DNA of 64,000 nucleotides from a virus (Duplodnaviria; Heunggongvirae; Uroviricota; Caudoviricetes): IMG/VR virus record IMGVR_UViG_3300013901_000006, positions 15,774 to 79,773 of that record; one strand, 5' to 3'. Shown piece by piece: positions 52,648 to 59,308 of this stretch (position 1 is its first letter; each line of letters starts with the position of its first letter). The notes under the pieces were generated by a model. It saw only the letters and a program-made list of their open reading frames with translations, ran no database searches and was not told where the DNA came from. The position numbers and the translations under genes were made by a program.

Positions 52648-53735
52648 TTGGCTAAAGCATATTACCCAGTAAATGGTTCATATAAAGAGTGGACTCCTGA
52701 TATGGTAGGAGCTTTAGGAAGTAAAAACACTAATGGCTATCAAGGGATAACAAAGCCAGATGGTTCAGATAACGACTGGATTAGGGCTACGCAGCTAGGA
52801 ATTATACCTTATAATTCAGGAACAATTTCTGCTCTTGGAACAAGTAGCTGGCAGTTCAGAGAAGCATATATTAAGACTGTAAACGGTAACTTAAACGGTA
52901 CAGCAAGTAGTGCCAATGTTCTTAGTCCAAAAGAATATTATGTAGAGAAGAGTACTGCTAATATAATGTATTATAAGTTGGGTAGTGTTACATGCAATAG
53001 TACATACGAAAGAATTAACGAAACTTATCTTTGTGTATCAAGACAAAGTGCTTGTATTATGAATTTATCAGTATATTCTAGAAATAGTAAAATATTCGTT
53101 GCTCCTACAGTTTCTTATACCTTTTTAACACAAAACGCAAAGAGTGCTTTTTATGATATTTTTATGCCGGTTTAGACAAAAAAACAGAAGGTAATACTTT
53201 TTCTATCTGGGCTAAACGAAGTCAATGGTCAGAATCAATGAAGTTAATACCACTTGGTAGTAACTATGATATGGGGTTTGCTATTTCTTGGACAAATTGG
53301 GATACATCGACAGCAGGGCAGACTGCTGTTCCGTCATTTGGCGAGTCTGCTGCGTATAATTTTATAGTAAGCCCACATACCCATACTAAGTCAGAGGTTG
53401 GCCTTGGTAATGTTGATAATACCACAGATTCTGCCAAGAGCGTAAAATACGCAACTAGTGCGGGTTCCGCGAATTCTGTTGCATGGGGTAATGTGAGTGG
53501 TAAACCTTCTACATACACTCCAAGTTCACATACTCATGATGATAGATATTATACTGAGAGTGAAATAAATACTAAATTAAATGGCAAGGCCAATTCTAGT
53601 CACACTCACGATGACCGCTACTATACTGAAAGTGAAATGAATACAAAACTCAATGCCAAAGCGGCAAGCGATATAATAACTGTTTCATCTACGCAACCCA
53701 CCAGTAATACTTGTAAAATATGGATTAAAATTTAA
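52648..53735 (+). pseudogene. Fibre extension module split by a 1-nt frameshift at T5 (53159-53163)
   Basis: The N-terminal MAKAYYPVNGSYKEW ORF stops at 53175. The other frame is open from 53157 and ends in QPTSNTCKIWIKI. One extra T joins them. Confidence 0.7.
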
Positions 53736-53760
53736 TAATTGAATATTTAAATAACGTTTC

Positions 53761-54090
53761 ATGGGGCTTATGGCTCTCTCCCTTTCGTTCGAAGGGAGAT
53801 ATATTTTGGCAAGAGCTTACTACCCCGTTGATGGAGAATATAAGCCATGGACTGCCGATATGGTTGGTGCGGCCGCAAGTGATCATACTCATACCAAGGC
53901 ATCTATTGGTTTAGGCAATGTTGATAACACGTCTGATTCATCTAAAAGCGTAAAGTATGCGGCAAGTGCTGGTAGTGCAAATTCTGCTAGTTATGCTACT
54001 AAATCTGGTAGCGCTGATAATGAATATAGTATCGCTGTGCAATCAGCTCAACCTACAGATTCAAGATGCAAGCTGTGGATAAAAATTTAA
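53761..54090 (+). CDS. Short fibre extension module (probable start TTG 53806)
   Basis: (M)ARAYYPVDGEYKPW...QPTDSRCKLWIKI. The SD AAGGGAG is buried in a 9-bp hairpin. Confidence 0.65.
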   Translation: MGLMALSLSFEGRYILARAYYPVDGEYKPWTADMVGAAASDHTHTKASIGLGNVDNTSDSSKSVKYAASAGSANSASYATKSGSADNEYSIAVQSAQPTDSRCKLWIKI

Positions 54091-54097
54091 AATTTTT

Positions 54098-54132
54098 GGG
54101 CAAAACTCGATTATGAGTTTTGCCTTTTTTTT
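54098..54132 (+). terminator. Terminator overlapping the conserved GGGCAAA element
   Basis: GGCAAAACTC/GAGTTTTGCC stem + T tract. Confidence 0.75.
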
Positions 54133-54176
54133 ATATAGATATAGATTATAATTTTGAGAAAGAAAAGGAGTTTTAT

Positions 54177-54227
54177 GTGAATAAGTTTAATAAATTGACC
54201 TCTCTAGGGGGGGGGCTACTACGGTAG
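54177..54227 (+). CDS. Poly-G leader peptide L4 (G9 at 54207-54215), currently uncoupled
   Basis: AAGGAG SD, GTG start; reads MNKFNKLTSLGGGLLR*. G8 extends it to TAA 54292-54294, overlapping ATG 54294. Confidence 0.7.
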   Translation: MNKFNKLTSLGGGLLR

Positions 54228-54293
54228 CTTAGTTTCTATAAATCAATTTGATATTATGATTTTAGATAACCTCCCAAATAAGGAGGTTAAATA

Positions 54294-54680
54294 ATGAGTA
54301 ATTATGTAAATCTCTTAGATATTATATATCCTGTAGGAAGTATTTATATTTCTATGTCTAGTGCCAGTCCTACTGATGTCATTGGCGGCACATGGTCCAG
54401 AATAAAAGATAAGTTTTTATATGGCACAGACAATACTTCTACTGGTGGTGAAAACACTCACGCTTTAACTGTTTCAGAAATGCCGAGCCATAGCCATTCT
54501 TACAGAACCGAATGGCCCATTGCATTAAGTGACCAATCATCTAATTGGCAAATGGCAAATGGTAATCTTGGCTGGTTTTTATCATTTGGTATGTATAATA
54601 CTTCATCTATTGGTGATGGTGCGCCGCACAATAATATGCCAGCATATCAAGGATGTTATATCTATTATAGAACTGCTTAA
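54294..54680 (+). CDS. Gp10_C-like tip module M1
   Basis: LLDIIYPVGSIY...GGTW...MPSHSH...HNNMPAY...YRTA* pattern of T4 gp10 C-terminal-like fibre tip domains. Confidence 0.75.
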   Translation: MSNYVNLLDIIYPVGSIYISMSSASPTDVIGGTWSRIKDKFLYGTDNTSTGGENTHALTVSEMPSHSHSYRTEWPIALSDQSSNWQMANGNLGWFLSFGMYNTSSIGDGAPHNNMPAYQGCYIYYRTA

Positions 54681-54722
54681 AATCTAAAATCTAATATCAA
54701 ATTACTAGAAAGGTAATTAAAG

Positions 54723-54779
54723 ATGTTAGATACCATGAAGAATCACACTCTTCTGGGGGGGGGCATTCCTCTTAGTTAA
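54723..54779 (+). CDS. Poly-G leader peptide L5 (G9 at 54755-54763)
   Basis: AAAGG SD; reads MLDTMKNHTLLGGGIPLS*. G8 extends it to TAA 54808-54810, overlapping ATG 54803. Confidence 0.7.
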   Translation: MLDTMKNHTLLGGGIPLS

Positions 54780-54802
54780 TGCCCTCGACCTAGGAGGGTT
54801 AT

Positions 54803-55243
54803 ATGAGTAATTTTGTTAACCTACTTGATATTATCTATCCAGTAGATAGTATCTATATTACATTTAGTGAGACAAGTCCAACTGATATTGTTGGTGGTAC
54901 TTGGACTCCTATTATAGATGAATTTCTTTATTCAAGTTCCAAGTACGGTGTTGGAAATACCGGTGGTTCAACTGAACACTGTCATGTTTTGTCTGATCAT
55001 GGTGGAGCACAAATTGAACATACGCGTGAAGGCAATTGGCTAAATGTTATGTATAATTATACATCAGAAGTTAAGTTTGCTAATCCGGCGTTGGTGCAAA
55101 GTGCAGTTCAAGGCGTAGCTTCAAATACAGCTACGCCGCAATTATCAGCATATAGCGCAGTAGCTTTAAAGGGCCGTACAGATGATAACGGAACATATTT
55201 GCCACCATTTATTTGTGTAAGAATGTATCGTAGAACTGCATAA
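54803..55243 (+). CDS. Gp10_C-like tip module M2
   Basis: Same conserved ends; divergent centre. Confidence 0.75.
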   Translation: MSNFVNLLDIIYPVDSIYITFSETSPTDIVGGTWTPIIDEFLYSSSKYGVGNTGGSTEHCHVLSDHGGAQIEHTREGNWLNVMYNYTSEVKFANPALVQSAVQGVASNTATPQLSAYSAVALKGRTDDNGTYLPPFICVRMYRRTA

Positions 55244-55287
55244 ATTACTCACATTAACTTATCTAATATCCTAATCGAAAGGATATT

Positions 55288-55389
55288 ATGAATACTCTAA
55301 TGAAACTTAACAGTCTCAAGGGGGGGGGCTACAGTAATGTAGCTTTTTCTTCTAAGGCTGCTCTAGCCGAGGTGATTTGCCTTGGCTAA
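55288..55389 (+). CDS. Poly-G leader peptide L6 (G9 at 55320-55328), currently coupled
   Basis: AAAGGA SD; reads MNTLMKLNSLKGGGYSNVAFSSKAALAEVICLG*. The stop overlaps TTG 55382. Confidence 0.7.
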   Translation: MNTLMKLNSLKGGGYSNVAFSSKAALAEVICLG

Positions 55390-55855
55390 CTTTGTAAATC
55401 TTCTTGATATTATTTATCCAGTAGGAAGTGTATATATATCAACTAATACAGCTTCTCCTTCAAATTCAATTGGCGGCACTTGGACTGCGATTAATAATGC
55501 CATTCTCGCGGCGAGCGGGTCAGATTATACGACTCAAAGTGGTTTTGGCGGCGATAAGGCTATGACTGTAAAACAAATGCCTAGCCATAGTCATATTCGT
55601 GACCATGATGGTTCTATTTCTGGTGCTGAAATATGGGAATATATGTTTCATGTTATGCAGTTTAGCAGTACTGGCACGTATGAGAATGGTGGCCGATATG
55701 GCAGTGTCGCACCCAAAGGGAGTTTTGTTGACATAGTACGTTTTTGTAGCGTCGAAGATGCTACAATAGGGGGGGGCAGAACTTCGCTCCATACCATTAT
55801 TCAATGTATGTATGGAGAAGAACTGCCTAAACTTTTTGAAGGAGTTGGTCTGTAA
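55382..55855 (+). CDS. Gp10_C-like tip module M3, frameshifted at G8 (55769-55776)
   Basis: The proper C-terminus GQNFAPYHYSMYVWRRTA* (stop 55828-55830) lies in another frame and is restored by G9. Confidence 0.8.
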   Translation: MANFVNLLDIIYPVGSVYISTNTASPSNSIGGTWTAINNAILAASGSDYTTQSGFGGDKAMTVKQMPSHSHIRDHDGSISGAEIWEYMFHVMQFSSTGTYENGGRYGSVAPKGSFVDIVRFCSVEDATIGGGRTSLHTIIQCMYGEELPKLFEGVGL

Positions 55856-56301
55856 TGGCTAACTTCGTTAATCTCATGGATGTTATCTATCCTATTGGAA
55901 GTATATATGTTACCACAAGTGCCTCTAGCCCTTCAAGTATTGTTGGTGGAACTTGGTCTAAAATTGATAATGCATTTCTGTATTGCAACAACTCAAATTC
56001 AGGATATGTTGGCTCTAATCTTGTAACACTTAATTTAGACCATAATCATTTTCAAAGTTTAGCCTTTCCTGCTGGAAAAGTTACATACAGTACTAATCGA
56101 ACTGGTATTGGATGGCACGAAGGAAATGCGTCGATACCCGTAAACCCGATATTAACCGCCGATTCTAATTATAATCGGACTACTGATTCTTCTTTTTGGG
56201 GACAGGACTCAGCCAAACAAGCCCAAAAGAGACTAGGGAATGTGACCTTTGATAATAAACCGCATAGTTTGACATGTTATGGATATACTAGAACAGCCTA
56301 A
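55855..56301 (+). CDS. Gp10_C-like tip module M4
   Basis: Conserved ends ...YTRTA*. Confidence 0.75.
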   Translation: MANFVNLMDVIYPIGSIYVTTSASSPSSIVGGTWSKIDNAFLYCNNSNSGYVGSNLVTLNLDHNHFQSLAFPAGKVTYSTNRTGIGWHEGNASIPVNPILTADSNYNRTTDSSFWGQDSAKQAQKRLGNVTFDNKPHSLTCYGYTRTA

Positions 56302-56345
56302 GAAGATTTTATAATATTCTTTCTATTTAATTAGAAAGGATATAA

Positions 56346-56719
56346 ATGAGTAATTATGTAAACCTACTGGATATTGTGTATCCAGTAGGTTCAATCTATC
56401 ACAGCATGAATTCAACTTCACCTGCTACAAGCATTGGTGGCACATGGACAGCAATTAAAACTTTTCTGTTAGGTTCTACCACTTCTGGTAAGACTGGCGG
56501 AGAAGAAGTACATACGCTTACCATTAATGAAATGCCTGCGCATTCTCACGCGCAATATGTTACAGCAAACAGTGGCAATGAATCAGTTAGAAGCGACTAT
56601 TCTCGTGACCAACATGGTCTTATTTATCCACAGGGATGCGATACTGGTACCACGGGGGGCAAGCACACAACAATATGCCGCCCTACACGACTTGCTTCAT
56701 TTGGTACAGAACAGCTTAG
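56346..56719 (+). CDS. Gp10_C-like tip module M5, frameshifted at G6 (56654-56659)
   Basis: G7 gives GQAHNNMPPYTTCFIWYRTA* (stop 56717-56719). As assembled, the frame runs on to 57170. Confidence 0.8.
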
Positions 56720-56755
56720 TCGTACTGAAAGCAAACCTTCTAAGCGAGGTGGCGT

Positions 56756-57148
56756 ATGTCTAACTACGTTAACCTCTTGGACATCGTTTACCCAGTGGGT
56801 GCAGTTTATATCTCAAACAATTCAACAACACCAGCAAACATTATCGGAGGTACTTGGACAAAAGTTGCATCGGATACATTCATCTGCTCTGGGACACCAA
56901 ATGCAACGGGTGGAACAAATACTCAAAAGCTCTCCGTTAGCAATTTGCCATCGAACGTTTGGCTTACGGGTGGAACTTGCAAAAACTTTGGTTTACCGAC
57001 AGCACTATCTACATTGTTTAGTTCAGTTACCACATTTGGTATTGAAGCATCTCGTATTACAGATGACAAAACTCAACAATATAGTTATGAACCTTTCGAT
57101 AACCGTCCGCAATATAGAGCTTTTAACATCTATTACCGCACAGCCTAG
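56756..57148 (+). CDS. Gp10_C-like tip module M6
   Basis: Conserved ends ...YYRTA*. Confidence 0.75.
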   Translation: MSNYVNLLDIVYPVGAVYISNNSTTPANIIGGTWTKVASDTFICSGTPNATGGTNTQKLSVSNLPSNVWLTGGTCKNFGLPTALSTLFSSVTTFGIEASRITDDKTQQYSYEPFDNRPQYRAFNIYYRTA

Positions 57149-57169
57149 TCTTCTAGGAGGTGTTGCATA

Positions 57170-57625
57170 ATGGCGAATTATGTTAACCTCCTAGACATAG
57201 TTTATCCTGTTGGGTCTGTGTATATCACATTCAATTCTGTTAATCCCTCTGATTCAGTTGGTGGAACGTGGGAAAAAATTGAAGATAAGTTTCTGCAATC
57301 TTCTGGTACTAAAAATACATTAAATTCTATTGGCGGATCTTCCGTTGAAAAGCAATTGCATTTATGCTATGCAGCGTATTGGAGGGCATTGGTCACACTA
57401 GACAACGCATCAGGAGATTTAAGCATAATTGGTTTTGATAGTAATAGTGCAGAAGGTATGGAGAGCACAATGACATACTCGTCTTCCCCATGGAACCATG
57501 ATGCAAATGCCTGTTTGCAAAATGGTCAAACAAATAAGTCGAACCCAATTCTAGTTCATAGATACGTCACATGGGACAATAGACCATCTTATATAACTTG
57601 TAATATGTATAAACGTACAGCGTAA
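57170..57625 (+). CDS. Gp10_C-like tip module M7
   Basis: Conserved ends ...YKRTA*. Confidence 0.75.
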   Translation: MANYVNLLDIVYPVGSVYITFNSVNPSDSVGGTWEKIEDKFLQSSGTKNTLNSIGGSSVEKQLHLCYAAYWRALVTLDNASGDLSIIGFDSNSAEGMESTMTYSSSPWNHDANACLQNGQTNKSNPILVHRYVTWDNRPSYITCNMYKRTA

Positions 57626-57651
57626 TAATAATTGTTCTCAATAACAAAATT

Positions 57652-57674
57652 AAAAAAAAAAAAAATTAAAAAAA
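57652..57674 (+). repeat. Poly-A tract (A14-TT-A7)
   Basis: Seen directly in the intergenic region. Confidence 0.85.
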
Positions 57675-57676
57675 CT

Positions 57677-57712
57677 TGGGCAGAATTGTGCAAATGATTC
57701 TGCCCATTTTTT
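57677..57712 (+). terminator. Terminator overlapping the conserved GGGCAGA element
   Basis: TGGGCAGAAT/ATTCTGCCCA stem + T6. Confidence 0.75.
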
Positions 57713-57753
57713 ATGTATATTAGACAAAAATATGAAATAAAAGGAGGTAGAAA

Positions 57754-58761
57754 TTGGGCAATTCAATGTCCGTTTGGACTAGTGATGTAACTAAGTCTAG
57801 CTTCATTGTACATGGTAGATTAAACAATAATGGCTATACCTACAGCTACATTGGTTGTCGTTTCACGCTATCTGTTAACGGCTCTGATATTTATGACCAA
57901 AAATTAACTTTTTCAAAAGGTCAAAATATAGAATTTTCAGCTGGATACAATTGCGGGGCATCTTCCTCTGCCCGCACATTTACCATAAAATCTTGGTGGG
58001 ATTCAAGCGGTTTCGGTTATGTTGATAGCAATTCAGCTACAGCTACGGTAACGGTGGGAGCATCGGTATCGGTGCCGCCAGCTGTTACGAAGGTTAAATT
58101 AACAAGAAACTCAGATACGCAATTAACTGGAAGCTGGACCAATAACGGCAGCGGAACATCAGCAGTAACACAAAATCTAACTGATTTTTATAAAGAAACA
58201 GGCGGCGGCGGCGGCGGCGGCACATGGACCAATCAAGTCGGTGGCACTGGTATTCGTACCAGCCAAGCTTTCACAATGTCGGCAAATGGAAAATTTCAAT
58301 TCCGAGTATCTTCTGGTAATTCTGCTGGTAATAGTGCTACACAATATTCAAATATAGTATATACGACACCTGCAACACCTACGATTTCTTCTGCTGTTGG
58401 ACTAATTTATCCTTCTGCCGGCAGTCTAAATTTTTCAGTAGATACAAGTGCAGCCAATTATCCATCAGGCAAAATCAATTGGCAATATTCTACTAATGGT
58501 GGTTCCAGTTGGTCTGCTACACAAACAAGCAATGGTTCAGTTGTATCGATTTCTTCTGCGGAAAGCACATACAATAGTTTTATTATGGGATTAAAATCCA
58601 ACAGTAATTGCTATGTGCGAGCGCAATGCTATAATGCGGATAATACCTTGGCTTCTGGTTGGAGTGCGGCTAAAAAAATTGAAGTAAAAACACAACCTAT
58701 TGCCTATGTTAATTTGCCTTCTGGGGCAACATTAAAAGGCATATATATCAATAAAGGTTAA
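57754..58761 (+). CDS. Minor tail protein with FN3-like domains and a (GGC)7 Gly linker
   Basis: AAGGAGG SD, TTG start; Ser/Thr-rich beta domains; (GGC)7 at 58201-58221. Confidence 0.6.
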   Translation: MGNSMSVWTSDVTKSSFIVHGRLNNNGYTYSYIGCRFTLSVNGSDIYDQKLTFSKGQNIEFSAGYNCGASSSARTFTIKSWWDSSGFGYVDSNSATATVTVGASVSVPPAVTKVKLTRNSDTQLTGSWTNNGSGTSAVTQNLTDFYKETGGGGGGGTWTNQVGGTGIRTSQAFTMSANGKFQFRVSSGNSAGNSATQYSNIVYTTPATPTISSAVGLIYPSAGSLNFSVDTSAANYPSGKINWQYSTNGGSSWSATQTSNGSVVSISSAESTYNSFIMGLKSNSNCYVRAQCYNADNTLASGWSAAKKIEVKTQPIAYVNLPSGATLKGIYINKG

Positions 58762-58786
58762 ATTTTAAGAAATAAAAGGAGTATAA

Positions 58787-59308
58787 ATGAGAATTCTAAA
58801 TGAAAAAGACGTAGAGATTCAAGAATCTGATGTAGATACCGATAAGGGCTATTTAAAATCAGACAAAATTTTTAAAGTTCATCACGACGAACAAGCTGAG
58901 ATTCTTGAGCAAAAACACTATGAGGTTAGTCGTTTTGTCTTTACTGATGGTACTGATATGGCTATTGAATCAAATGAAGACCCACACGTTAAAGTCATTG
59001 ATGACCAGACAGGTATCTTTGAATATGTTGACCAAGGAGAAGGTAAAACTTATTTTGGTGCTGACGTTAAACAGGTTATCGACCAAGAGCATATCGAACA
59101 AAAAGATGCCTATGATGAATATGAAGATATTCAGCGCTATGTTCTATATACGGAACAGGAACTAGCTGACCGTGCGGCGGCTGCTGAAAAACAGAAAAAG
59201 CAAAATGAATTTATGGAAAATGGCCCAGACCAGCTTGATGCAAATACTACCTCTATTGGTGATTTGACTGTTATGCTATCTGAAATTGTTGCGGGGAGTG
59301 ATGAATAA
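58787..59308 (+). CDS. Putative fibre assembly/chaperone (XkdW-like position)
   Basis: Acidic 173-aa protein following the fibre genes. Confidence 0.4.
   Translation: MRILNEKDVEIQESDVDTDKGYLKSDKIFKVHHDEQAEILEQKHYEVSRFVFTDGTDMAIESNEDPHVKVIDDQTGIFEYVDQGEGKTYFGADVKQVIDQEHIEQKDAYDEYEDIQRYVLYTEQELADRAAAAEKQKKQNEFMENGPDQLDANTTSIGDLTVMLSEIVAGSDE

Noticed and set aside
41964-56659. G-quadruplex role for the G tracts
   Set aside because: The tracts are single runs spaced hundreds to thousands of nt apart, not four clustered G3 runs. The frame-dependent stop/start overlaps explain them better.
54294-57625. DGR target array or shufflon explanation for the seven tip paralogs
   Set aside because: No reverse transcriptase, no near-identical TR/VR pair differing at adenines, no invertase, and no inverted cassettes or inverted recombination sites seen; all cassettes are co-oriented. 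Such genes could still lie outside the window.
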